Shown: piece after piece, positions 49,610-61,556 of the stretch
Numbering within the stretch: position 1 is the first letter of the stretch
Layout of the letters: each line of letters begins with the position of its first letter
DNA from: Ptychomitrium polyphyllum
Taxonomy: Eukaryota
Length of the DNA: 64,000 nt
NCBI GenBank assembly: GCA_973851085.1
Contig: OZ316775.1
Coordinates: forward strand, 14,818,001 to 14,882,000
Reading direction: 5' to 3'
Notes under the pieces: generated by a model
What the model was told of the DNA's origin: nothing
Database searches by the model: none
Seen by the model: the letters and a program-made list of their open reading frames with translations, nothing else
Translations under genes and position numbers: made by a program

Positions 49610-50068
49610 ATGTCAAATCTTTGTGTTATCATGGATATGCGTGAAGAGCAGTCGGCCATGCCTTCATCAACAACAGCATCTGTTGAGCCAACTCAACTTT
49701 CTCAGCCCTCGGTAATGGAGGATCTAAGTCATGATATGAGAAGGACATTCCAACGTCGAGTACGACCTCATGCAGAAGTATTGACTAGTCGTCCTTCACA
49801 TTCCAATTTTGATTCAGATGCTCGCGCTCTAGTCATCTTGTTAGAAATTGGAAGAGTCACCCTTGGAGGACCCGAAATCTTGTTTGGAGGATGTTTTGAA
49901 GGACTTAATCAAGATCAGATCTTGGAACGGAACATTTCAACAACAGAAGTCTTGGCTGGTGACCATCGGCGTTTCTTGCAAGGACTAGTTGAGCCAGTGA
50001 ACAAAGAACAACGAGCAGAGTATGTTGCTTCACTCCTTCGACAAATTTTGGAATTTGTAGAAATGTGA
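49610..50068 (+). CDS. Additional retrotransposon ORF (ORF3), 152 aa, unknown function, between pol and PPT
   Basis: Uninterrupted ATG-TGA frame on the sense strand filling most of the 3' internal region. It has an S/T/P-rich N-terminus and a helical-looking C-terminus, with no family I recognise. Confidence 0.55.
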   Translation: MSNLCVIMDMREEQSAMPSSTTASVEPTQLSQPSVMEDLSHDMRRTFQRRVRPHAEVLTSRPSHSNFDSDARALVILLEIGRVTLGGPEILFGGCFEGLNQDQILERNISTTEVLAGDHRRFLQGLVEPVNKEQRAEYVASLLRQILEFVEM

Positions 50069-50109
50069 CAAGCAAGCCAAAAAAACAACTCCTCATGGGA
50101 CTCGTCGCT

Positions 50110-50123
50110 AAATGGGGAGGTGA
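50110..50123 (+). other. Polypurine tract (AAATGGGGAGGTGA)
   Basis: Purine-rich tract immediately before the TG of the 3' LTR. Confidence 0.85.
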
Positions 50124-50829
50124 TGTCACGGACATAAATCATGCAACATAGTCTTTAAAACATTCTAGAACCTTCTAGTATACTATAATAGCTTCTTAGA
50201 ATACTTTTAGATGCCTCCATAGCCTTTTTATGTTTTTAAGAAGCTTCCTAGGAAAGTTCCTCCACCTTAGAAAACTTCCTAGGAAGGTTCTATCATCTTA
50301 GGTTACTTCCTAAGAAACTTCCTAAGAAGATTCCATTACCATAGGAAACTTCCTAGGAAGGTTCCATTACCTTAGGAAACTTCCTAGGAAGGTTCCATTA
50401 CCTTAGGAAACTTCCTAGGAAGATTCTACCTCTTTAGGAAACTTCCTAAGAAGGTTCCGCTACCTTAGGAAACTTCTGAGGAAGTTTCCAACTCCTTGGA
50501 AGCTTCCAAAGAAGGTTCCAATTCCTTGGAAGCTACTTAGGAAGGTTCCAACATCTTAGGAAACTTCTTGGGAAGGTTCCTTAGACTTCCAAAACATTCT
50601 TAAGCCTTGTAGGAAGCTTCTTTAGAAGTATCCTAGGAGATACAAACGTCCTAGTATAAATAGGAGGCAAGACAAGGTATTACTTAGTTTTGCCAACACA
50701 AGTTGTGGATCATCTTGAATCCTGCCTTGTTCTAGTCTTTGTATCAAGTTTTTGTTAATCATTAGCTCTTTGGAAGCTAATTCTTGGGAAACACTTCGTT
50801 TCCGCTTCTTGTTTCTTATGTCCCTAATA
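50124..50829 (+). repeat. 3' LTR (706 bp)
   Basis: Matches the 5' LTR by eye except for 4 substitutions in the last 22 bp; ends in TAATA instead of TAACA. Confidence 0.97.
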
Positions 50830-53800
50830 ACTTCAACATATAAAGTCTTGGAATTCAATATGAAGTTGGCGGATTCTTTAGACAATTTGTTTAAGTTAAA
50901 TCATTCATTGTATCAAACATGACCACACGAACAAGTTTCAAGCCCATCAAATTCAAAATGAGCACGGTAAAGTTCTCCACTAATACATTTATCCATGTAG
51001 ACTGAATATGAATGTTGCAATTAGTTGCAATCCATCCATATGAAACAAAAGAATTTCCATAAGGTTTCATCATTCTTCTAGTTTTTATAAGCATGGCCTA
51101 GACTTTACATTCAATTGAGCTAAGAAGATCTTTGGAAAATACAAAAGTTGAAATATTTGCATTTGAGCATTATAGATTTTTATTTTTTTTCTTTGTTCAA
51201 ATTTCTCTATCTTTTCTTGGTTTCTTATATTTGAATGTATATAAGCTTTGTATCTTGACAATTCATAGCAACACGCTTGCTCTTCTTACTTCAAATCTCA
51301 ACTATAGAATCAACTTTGATAGTATTTAATACAAATATATATTTTTGGTTGAAATTGCTACAAGCAATGTCAAAACAATCAAAGCATCACATGATGCTCA
51401 TACTTTTATTGACATTGATTCTACAATTAGAACCTATAAAAATCTAAATTATACAAAAATTGCTTGCAACAAAAGTGTTTGGCTCTACAATAATGTTCAC
51501 CTTCCCACATGGTAATTCCATTGGAGGCAAGGCCTACTCAACAACAAGATTTTTATTCTTCAACATTTTATGCATATTGCAAATTCTAGAGGAATTTGGC
51601 TCATGATGCCTAGTAAGCAAAGAATCTAAGTATTGAGAAGAATGAGAGCTATAAATCTAGTATAAGCAGAATAAGTTCAAAAAGAAATATATATTGTTCT
51701 TTAAGATTCTACAATACCTTATAGTGGAACCCATTAACACAAAGTTGAATAAAAGCAAGAAGTTGTAATGGTATGTGTTCAGTATCAGCAAACATGACAT
51801 GTTATTTTTAATAGTATTTCTTCTATTCCTACAAACGTTCATTGCTAAGTCAAATCTTGCATTGACGTCGTCAAACAATATAAATTAATTGTGGTTATAG
51901 GGTCTTACTTTGATGACTACAAGTATCTTCCATGGAAATGGAATGTTTAATTATTTCATTTGCATGTTTTTATTGCACTGGTCTTTCAAATTTGTTTTTT
52001 TTTACAAATATTATGATTGTTAATTCCATAATCATGAATACTACTTTCTCCAAAATTATGATTTCATTGCTCACATCCCATGGCTCACCATTTAATGCTC
52101 CCGTAATAGCACATCTTGTTGGATGATATGAAACTTGTGAGAATTTCCATATATTTTTGTTTATAGATTGATAACTTCTAATTTAAGTAAATTAAATGTC
52201 TTTTGAAACATGTGGTAATAACGCATGCATAGTTAAAAGGAAACTTTTATATGGAGTGTGATGCTTGAATAATTTATTATTTTTTAGAAAAATTGTAATA
52301 AAGAGAAGTTATAATGTTTGAATTAAATATGAATATCTTATAGTATATGAAATGATATAATTTAAAAGAAATGTTGTACATTACATGTTTTTTCAAATAT
52401 ATTCTTCAAAGCTTTTTTTATTTTTATTTTAAAAAAAATTTGGTATAAAAAGGCCAAATTGAATCTATATACATAGAAATTTTGATTTTGTTGTATCAAA
52501 TTAACTGAAAATGAAGGGTTTTAATAAATTTCAAAGCAATGATTTTAAAAGCATTTTAGAAAAAGAGAATAGTTGCATGTATAAATGGAAGTGAGGTATC
52601 AACTTTAAAAAGAACAAAAGAGTATGTTTAAATAATGACATAATGTCTTTTCTAAAAATATGAAGGTATCTAGTTCTTTTCTATGCCTCATATAAAAAGC
52701 TTTTGGACAAGTAGGTATTTGGAAATAATCTTCATTAATAGCACCTTACCTAAAGCAACTTTATTTACTATAATGTATCATGAGAAATAACAATAACATA
52801 GTATGAAGACAATTTTAATTTTAAGAACTAATGATAATTATCCACATTTGATTGGAAAAAAAGAAAATATAAATATAAAATAAAAAATCCACTAAATTTG
52901 TGCATTTGTTATACTCTATTTCTATTTCATACCTAATTCTGTATTATCAATTTTAATAGATAATCAAAAGTTTTCAAACTTTTCACTTCAAGCGTTATTC
53001 ATATAGTGACCCTCTGAACACTATTGCCACAATTGCCACAGACCCTCACATCATTTATTCATTTATACATTTATCATTTATTCCCACTTTCAAAGGGGAG
53101 GTGCTCCTACTGCGCAGCACTGAAGATGTTATGTTTAGAACCATGAGCTGGCACGCCGTCAGAATAAGGACATAAATGGAAACGGCCAAACATAAACCAT
53201 TGGTCAATCCACCCGCAAATATTCAAAGCTGTGCTGGCCTTCGGGCCAGTCAGAGCCGCGAAGTATAACTATAGAAAGAAAACACGGACGGTAATGGGTT
53301 GTACCGTCGCTACAAAACGGGCAGCTTTTCTTATCGAGCCCAGAATTGGCGCTAAACGCACAAATCAAAAAAATAACAAAGTATCTGGCACAAGTCATTT
53401 TCTTAGTTTTAAGCGAGAACGTCATCCTATTTGCGGAGAGAAAAGGAAACAGGAAAAAGAAAACCAGGAATAATAAGGAATGATACTAAGCCTTAATTAA
53501 GATTCCTGCGAACTCGAGAAGGAACGGAATTCCACGGAGCTACACCTATTCCCATCTGTGAACGTGCGCGGGAACGTGGGATCCGCAGTGCCCTCTGCCT
53601 TCAATCTGCCCGAAAATGAGGCTCAGACCCCAAGACCGTCTTGCCTCCTAAACCGCGTGATATCTACGATATTCTAATTTACAGCCTCCAGGTCATAGAA
53701 TAGCGTCGATAAGATTCGAATTAGTGCAGCGTCTACAAACCTCCCTACCGCTCCACGCCAACCTCTAAAAAAATTTCGACCCGCTCCTGGCCTGGCCCCT

Positions 53801-54375
53801 ATCGGAAATCCGTCACTGTAGCGATCTTTGGCATATAAAGACCAGGTCTACATTTCCTATCACAAATCCCACCTTTTTCTTAGAGTTTCGATTTCTACTC
53901 CCGTTCGGTACAGCCGTATAACATTCTCTTCTGAGCAAGAAGATTTCGTGAAGTGAATTGTATGCTTTTAGTAGAGGAAGTCAGATCTGGGATACATTGA
54001 CGGTTTTGGGTTTGATGACGGGTTTTCAGTTTGGGCCTTCCTTACCGACCATCCTCGAAAGCCCCGCTCACTCGCTGTTGAAAGTTGGCAGTTTTCTCGC
54101 TTGTTTTGTTCCTCACGCATCCAGCTTCTCCGGTGCTCTTTGGCTGATGCTCAAGTTCTCGGAAACTAGCGTCGTTTTGCATGTTTTCTCATACTCTCTC
54201 GTTGTGTAACGCTTAGGTTTTGAGTTCAAGGTTGGAGTTTGGAGGGTGTGTGAGAGATGGTGTATTCATTCACTGAGACTAGATTGGTAGTGGTTTAGAA
54301 GCGCAGGTGGGGAGGAGTTTGAGTTGAGGGTGGGTTTTGGTGATGAGGGGCAGCGGGTGTGGATATTAGAGGGCG

Positions 54376-54480
54376 GTGTGGGTTTTTGGTGGATTAGAAG
54401 TGAGAGAGTGGTGGTCTTTTTATCGTGTGGGTTTTTGGTGGATTGGAAGTGAGAGTGTGGTGGGCTTTTTATCGTGTGGG
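54376..54480. repeat. Two-copy ~49-bp tandem duplication upstream of NOSIP (probably in a 5'UTR intron)
   Basis: GTGTGGGTTTTTGGTGGATT(A/G)GAAGTGAGAG..GTGGTGG..TTTTTATC appears twice. Confidence 0.8.
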
Positions 54481-54740
54481 TGTTTGGATTCAGAGTCAGA
54501 GAGTGGAGAGGTTGGTGATTCGGTTACTGGAATCATGCTGACTAGCGAGCTTGTAAGCGCGAAGGCACTTACTCGCTGCTGGATGTGGACGCTTTTACAT
54601 CGTCCTTCGGGTTTTTAGGGTTTTTGTCGGGGTTTAGTTTTGTGAATCTTTGGATTGGATTTGGGCGATTTTCTGGGGGACAGTGTGGAAGATCTCAACA
54701 GTGGGAGGAAGTGAAGATTTCAATCGGCTAAGTTTCGAGA

Positions 54741-56121
54741 ATGCCACAGCGCCACTCAAAGAACAACAATGATCTCGCATTCCTCACGTACGACGAGAGG
54801 AAAAAGCTAGGTTATGGCACCCAGAGGGAGCGACCGGGGAGAGACTCGATTAAGCCCTGCGACTCGTGCTGCATCTGCTTGCAGCCTGTAATCGATCCCT
54901 TGAGCTGCACCAAGGGCCATTTGTTTTGCAAAGAATGTGTCTTTCAGTGCTTGCTGGCTCAGAAGAAGGACATCAAGAGGTGAGCAAACTTTTCATATTC
55001 GAGTTGGCGTGCTTGCTACCTGTGGCTGTAGATAGTCTCGTGGGTGTCCTAAATCATTGCTCGCTAAATGTCCATTTCTACATGTTCATTGCGATGTATC
55101 GCAATGTGCATACAACATGCGCCTGTTAAACCCTGGATCAGAAGTATGAGTCGCCTTTATAGGAGCAGTAATGCTACTAATAGTTGACTGAGGAAATAAA
55201 TTTTAAGTACAATTTTGTGTAATGATACACTACAATTTCACGTAACCAGATATAATGACATTGAACGTCGTCTTAAACAACGTGTTCGAGAGAATATTGA
55301 AGACCAATTTCAGTAGAGAATTTAGTTCTCAAACTTGGAGAATAGTGTTTTTGGATTAAACCCTCCAAGCGTGTTCTCAAGTTGCTTTAGTCTTTTCTGT
55401 TTTCTCAACGTTTTTTGATGATTTATTTGTTGGATATCTCAGAAAACTTGCATCGTTTTCAAACCAAGAAAAGAGCGACAAAGAAGAGGAGTTGGTGAAA
55501 CTCACCGCTGAGAAACGACGAGGAATTGGTGAATTTGACCGGCAGAACAATTCTGCTCTGCCGCATCAGCAAGCCACTGGCCACCCCGACGATCATCCTG
55601 TCTTTCACGGGGCCAACAGTGTGCGGGTTGCGTCATATGAGGAAGAAGCGCTGCGAACAATGAAGGCCTTCTGGTTGCCATCAGCAATGCCTGAAGCAGT
55701 GGAACGGGTTCAAGCCCCCTCTTATGAAACTTGTTGTCCAGAAGGCAACGAGAAAATGAAACTAAAAGATTTGTTCCCAATCGTGTTCACTGACCTGCCT
55801 TACAGAGAGAAGAGGGAAGTGGATATCGATGGTTCCAAGTTCATGTGCCCATCATGTTCCGTCACACTCACGAATACGCTAACGCTCGCTGCTCTCAGCA
55901 CCTGCGGCCATGTCTTCTGCAAAAAATGCGCAGATCAGTTCATTGCAACAGGCAAGGAGTGCTTAGCTTGTAAAAAACCTTGTAAAGCTAAGAACTTGAT
56001 TACACTAGAGAAAGGTGGAACAGGATTTTCTGGACGTGATGACAATCTGGAAGCCACATCTTTCAAACATGTAGGTAGTGGAACTGGCATGGGTCTCTCA
56101 CGTCCCACGACAAAACTGTAG
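54741..56121 (+). CDS. NOSIP: Nitric oxide synthase-interacting protein homolog / CSU1-like RING E3 ligase. Exons: 54741-54979, 55443-56121
   Basis: MPQRHSKNNND.AF.TYDERKKLGYGTQRER.GRDSIKP.D.CC.CLQP, AFWLPS and C-terminal RING CPSC..LTN...CGHVFCKKC, GGTGF. One in-frame GT-AG intron. Confidence 0.95.
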
Positions 56122-56899
56122 TGTATAGGTTTGACACAGAAATCTGGTGTTACGGGTTATTCTTAGCCCCTAAGGTATAGTTGAGCTGGACGTGAAATCC
56201 TGTCGAAGACTTTTTGCCTTGGGTTTGCTTGGATGGGACTTGATCAGGTATGTCGACCCGGGCCAATCTGATCATAGATCTTTTTGGCATTCTCCCTGGC
56301 TTTTAGAGTTGATTCAGCGTCTTAGTATTGTGCTGAGCAAATTTGCATCTTTCTGTAGAGATCATCTGTAGCGACACTTATTAAATATATTGCAATAGAT
56401 GGTTAACGAATGTATATTGTGCAGAGGGATCTATTTCCTGATGAAACTGTGTAGACTGTCTGTCGAGTATGTAACGTATTCATGAGTTATCAGGTAGCAA
56501 GCACAAATACCGTTTGAGCAGACTGAACTGTTTCTTTTTAGACGCACAGCTCTTCGATCTGTAGAAGCATCCGTAATCCCTTGTTTGAGATACTACTTGT
56601 ATGGTAATTCCAGTAATTTCATTCCTTGTTTATTCTTTTATCAAATGTGAAAGATTCTAATTCAAACACGAGGCAATGCATGGGCTTGCTCCTCTGTGAA
56701 CTTGTTCTGAATTGTACACATTCAATGGAAACATTCAAATTAGCCTCGTTTAGAGTCCAGACAAAGAAGACATTCAGTTCCAGCATCACCTTCGGTTCCA
56801 CAAATCTCCCGAGATGATTTATGTTTGCATCAGGATCATGGCAGGACGAGAGCAGCTTCTCAAACTTCATTACTTCACAATTCATAAATCAAGCATGTC

Positions 56900-58316
56900 C
56901 AGTTCACTGTGGAGTGTCAAGTAACGTCCCATGTTATACGTGAATCAGCTCTTGAATACCTTGAGGCAGTATTAACAAAATTGAGAATCCAAGTTGACCT
57001 ACAAGTTCCATTTCATTTTTCTTCGAAACGGTGACGGCTGATTCTCCACTGTGCCAATGGTAATCAAGTAAGAAAACGTTATACTCAATTTTCTAAAATG
57101 CTAGCACACTGCTTAAACTCAAACATCACCATGCCGTAATCAGGGACTTGCATCCCATCGTAGCCAATCACAGAATACGCACGGCCTTTCCAGCATCGGA
57201 GGACTGATTCCTGTTTCCAAATCAAAGTCGTGCCACTTGCGTTCATAAAACATCCATATGTGGACAACCTCTTCGCCGACATGAACAACCACCAACGTGG
57301 TTCTGGAGACGATCAAGAACGTCGCGTCAACCTCACATCTGTGGACTACAGAAGAAGGTCTTGCAACTTGATGAGAGCCTTTGTAAGTAAACCTCTAATT
57401 GCCATATTCATATTTCGACACAGCGAGTTTTGAAAATGACAGTGGTTCTCCGTCATCACCACAGTCAAATCACCATCTTCATTAAGCATCCAATCTTCAA
57501 AAAAGGTAACTTTTCCAGAACATACAGATCGTTCACATGAGTCTCGTACTGTAAAATCTTTCCTCTAGAAACCTCAAGCTGCTCTCTATTTTGCACCGAG
57601 CTTTAGAAATTTTAGACCCAGAATAAGACCGGGCTCCAATCTGCTCTACTCATTCGTGCTTGAGCTGTACACTTCTGCTGCAGCTTCCTCATCATGATGG
57701 TGATCGACGTAGTTATTGTTACAATTTTGTAAGTTCCCATCTTCTGGTCTACTTCCAACTGCACCATCTCGATATTATTGACCAGATATTGCTGAAGGAG
57801 TTGCCTCCACTCTCTCGTTCACTGGTTACCGACACAAGGGAAACCAATTCCGGAATCGATAGGGATGGAATACAGATTCAGACACTAGTCAAACCAGCCC
57901 TCCATCTCGAACCCTATGGACAAATCGGCTACATGCATGCACAGTCGCACTTAGATGCCGTCAAGAGCCTATCGACTCCCCTGAGACTTGGATATTACAG
58001 TCAGGAGTCCAATTCAAGGTATTCAGCGACTTACAAAACTTTGTGTGGAAGACTCTTCCATACATCTTCTTCGTCAGATCCCCGTCAGGTCAATCAGTCC
58101 ACTTGATCTCTGGAGGTTGGATCTCGCCATCGCGCACGTCCTAGTGAACGTGGAACAAGTGGAGGCTGCTAGTTTCCAGCTAATGGATAGAGATCTATTC
58201 TGAGGAATGACCTGGGTGGGCAGACGAGCAAACACATGCTCTATCAGTTCTTGTGGTTTTAGCTTGCTCCACACACAAGGATTGAGCTCATGACATAGAG
58301 AGCCCATCTGAAACAA
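56900..58316 (-). pseudogene. F-box/kelch-like pseudogene (3' boundary approximate)
   Basis: F-box LNPCVWSKLKPQELIEHVFARLP..NRSLSISWK, then DGGLV, REWRQL, MVQLEVDQKMGTYKIV and AEVYSSSTNE*S, broken by frameshifts and stops. Confidence 0.7.
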
Positions 58317-59623
58317 GGGTTAAAACTCTCGAACTCAAGCACACCCAATTCCTCACCATAGACCTTTAAATAGATAAAAGTCGCAGATCTGTATGCAACT
58401 CGAGACTAAGCAGACTGAGTACAAAACGAGCTACTGACTAGTACAATACTGTCGAATTAAAATCAGTACCTTAATCGTAATACAACCCTCACGCTGAGTC
58501 TAAGCGACTGTTTGTGAAATATAGTAGATCTACTGAAACACGTACTCCAAGTAGTCCAAGGAGAAAGAGTCTAGATATGGTGTCTTTGCCTTGACTTCGG
58601 GGGGTTTGCAATGTCCGTCATCTAACTTACTGTATCATACAGTACATCTGCAGTAGTTTGTTTTGTAGGAGTGTTGCTGTGAATCATGCGTGCTATTAAT
58701 CGAGTCAAACCGGACGCCCTGAGCGATTCTAGAAAATCTAGACTTTGAGCCTGAGTCACTATTGTGCAGGATGCAGGATGCTGGGAGATGATGATTGAGG
58801 GATGGTACAAAGAGCGAATGGATATAGTTCAGTAACTTCTCGCCAGTTGAATTTATTGTAATTATATCCGATTCAGTTCTAAAGTTCAAGGAACCCGATT
58901 TAGTCTTGAGTGTTAGAAGAGCTTTTGAAGAAGAAAAATGACCATAATTTAGAAATATGGACAGAGAAGGATGTTCAGATGTGCAATGACTTGTTAAGAA
59001 GTTTTGATAGGTCACCTACCTCTTCGTGAATAAGATCGAAAGAGATCATTGATGGTAAAAGACCTCATTTGCCTGATTTGGTAGACACTACACTATAAAT
59101 TAGTTGAAAGATAGTGGCACAAAGAACCTTAAAAGAGGCCTCTTTTTGAAGTCAATAGTGATTGAGATGGATAACATCTGAGATGCTTGTTCAGTATCTT
59201 ATGGGATAAGTTGTTTATTAGCCAAGTTCAGTTAGCAGCTGATGATATCGCTAGTCCCGTGTGTATAATCCTCTTTGAGTTCTACATCGGTATGTGAAAC
59301 TAAATAAACGGGTGCAATCTGGACTGGATGTAATGTACAATAACAGCTTATTACGCCTGTTCACAAGTGGTGACAACGTCCCGAACTAGCAAAGCACGGA
59401 AATTCAAATAGCCTGCTTTGATTGGATGCAGATGATAAACCAAGTGTGAAGTACTAGTTTTCATCGTCTAGTACTGAAATACTTCTCATTTCCTTCTCCA
59501 CATCCATTGCCACCAGTGACGCATCGCTAAAACGCATCCTTAGAAAAGCTTACTACTAGAATACAGGTGCAATATTCCCACAGCTAACATAGGCTATGTT
59601 AGCTGTTGTTACATAGCCTACGT

Positions 59624-61394
59624 TCATCCCAAAATTGACTTCACACCATTCTCTTGATAACGGCTCCCGCTCACTCGCACACGATTGCCATCCTTGTCAA
59701 AAAAGCGTCCACCTGAAATGATTTGAGGAAATCCAAATGCTACTTTGAAAATTGCTGATGCAGGCGACAAGCATTCGATACTCTGCCCTGTCCCTCGAGT
59801 TCCAAGAATTCGAGGAACTAGGTCCTTTGCAACGGTCTCTGGTTCCTCTGCCAAAGTGTTGAAGAATCGCCGAGAAACTGGTGTAGAATCCTTCAGTAAT
59901 AGATTCGTAAGGACCATGCCTGGTGACAGATTGTGCACTCCGATGCTGCTTAAACCTGCTCCAACCAAGTTACGAAATCAGAATTTCACAAGCAGAAGGA
60001 AGATATCAAGACTTCTGAGCCAGCTCTACATTCTCGCGAACACGTCGTCTAGAAATTCTGGTTAGCAAAAATTGAAAGTACAAGAGCACACAGAATGAAA
60101 ATCTACCAGCAGCTTGAAGCTCCTCACTCAACGAACGTGTAAGCTGAGTCAAGGCCACCTTGGTGGATTTGTGTGTGCATGCTGACTTCGTGAAACTGGC
60201 ACCCCATCGCGAAAATCCCATGTTGAAGATATGGTAGATGGCCTCAGAGCTGGGTTCCTGTTGGCGCATCAAGCGAATGGCTTCTCTACAGCACAACAAC
60301 GATCCCACCACGTTTGTTCCGCTAACCCTAACAATCTCCGCAGCATCCACATCGGACAACAGTTTCTTGCTTGTCACCTCCCCTGCACATCAATCTCACA
60401 GGTTATGCAGTTAACATCTGTAGTCCTTATTATGGCCCAGGTGCTCCAGTAGGGGATGTACGCGTCCCGCTCATCAGCAGCAATATTCTCGACCTATGAT
60501 GAACAATGCAGAGGAGTACAACACGGAGACAGATTAGGTCACAAGAGACTCAGAGTTGATGTACCAGCATTATTAATCCAGAAATGAATGGTCCCGAGAT
60601 GCTCCTTTGCGAAAGACGCCAACGCCGCAACATCGGATGCATTCGAGACGTCGCATCGTATTCCTTGAATGGAAGAAGCGCCAAAATCCGTCTGCAGAGA
60701 ATTGATGACATCCTTAAGCTGATCCTCATTGCGACCGCAGATAACAACCTTCTCATTAGCAGCCAGGAATTCTCGAGCCAACGAGAAGCCCAGTCCTTTC
60801 GTGCCGCCTGTTATCACAACGCCCTTCTTATCGTCCCCATACTGGCCTGTAACTACAACTCTGGACGCTTCCCGGCCCGAAACCCTAATCTGCAAAAAGA
60901 CCTTATTTTGTAAACCAGGTTACAAAGCCATCAAAACACATGGGGCGGAGTTGAATGTCAAGCTAGCATCAATCTCTCCACGATCGCAGCCATAAAATCT
61001 CAAACAAAATTCTGTAGTAGAGCTGTTACACTTAATTGCATAACCTACCTTCAAATCTAGAGCTGGCAAGACTCGCCCACAAAACTTATTTTCTAATTTG
61101 AGTGAAACTCAGAAAAAAAGTTACTGAATTTCCTAGAAACCAAACCGAAAGATAAAATCATGACCGAAGCTTCAATGCAGTGCGTCCAAAATGCATGCAA
61201 CAGAATGAGATATTAGAATACACCTTCGCATGCTTGAGGATGGGAGCGCCACTCGTGCACCAATCTTTGTGCCACCGGTGTCCTTGATCATGCCGGATCC
61301 AGCTCCTCCGCGAACACAAGTCCCTCCCAGCCTCCACCTGAAATCTGGTGGGGCTGAACGCAATCAGCTGCGCTGTTCCAGCTGATGTCGCCAT
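59624..61394 (-). CDS. Short-chain dehydrogenase/reductase, chlorophyll(ide) b reductase NOL/NYC1-like, with N-terminal targeting peptide. Exons (5'->3'): 61394-61224, 60889-60565, 60382-60107, 59955-59624
   Basis: TGGTKGLGFSLAREFL, VVICGR, CDVS, WINNAG, TNVVGSLLCCREAI, HIFNM, VHNLSPGMVLTNLL and NTLAEEPETVA..LVPRI. GT-AG joins are in frame. The catalytic motif reads HKSTK instead of YxxxK. Confidence 0.85.
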
Positions 61395-61556
61395 AGCTAC
61401 ACTCACAGCCAGCACTCACATCGACTTCACCCTCCACAGACTCGGCCAGCGACACCTGCCGACTTGGCAGAGTCTCTATATGAGGTGGCATCCTATGTGG
61501 CAGTGGCCAATTGGGTGCTACCCGTATCCGAAAGATAGATTCTTATCAGATAAAGA

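Larger units (their letters stand above)
44034..50829 (+). mobile_element. Full-length Ty3/gypsy chromovirus LTR retrotransposon (Tf1/sushi/Tcn1-like); coding region inactivated
   Basis: Two 706-bp LTRs; gag with CCHC knuckle; PR-RT-RH-IN-chromodomain order; PPT adjacent to the 3' LTR. Confidence 0.97.

Noticed and set aside
50830..53000. Very AT-rich blocks (also ~2.4-3.9, 6.9-9.3 and 10.2-11.6 kb) as possible DNA-transposon or viral relics
   Set aside because: No terminal repeats, TSDs or protein motifs could be identified by eye; needs a repeat-library or translated search.
12438..58316. Apparent cluster of ubiquitin/proteostasis genes (PUB, UBAC2, NOSIP, F-box relics, CCT8)
   Set aside because: These families are large and common in plant genomes, and nothing here indicates co-regulation or functional clustering.
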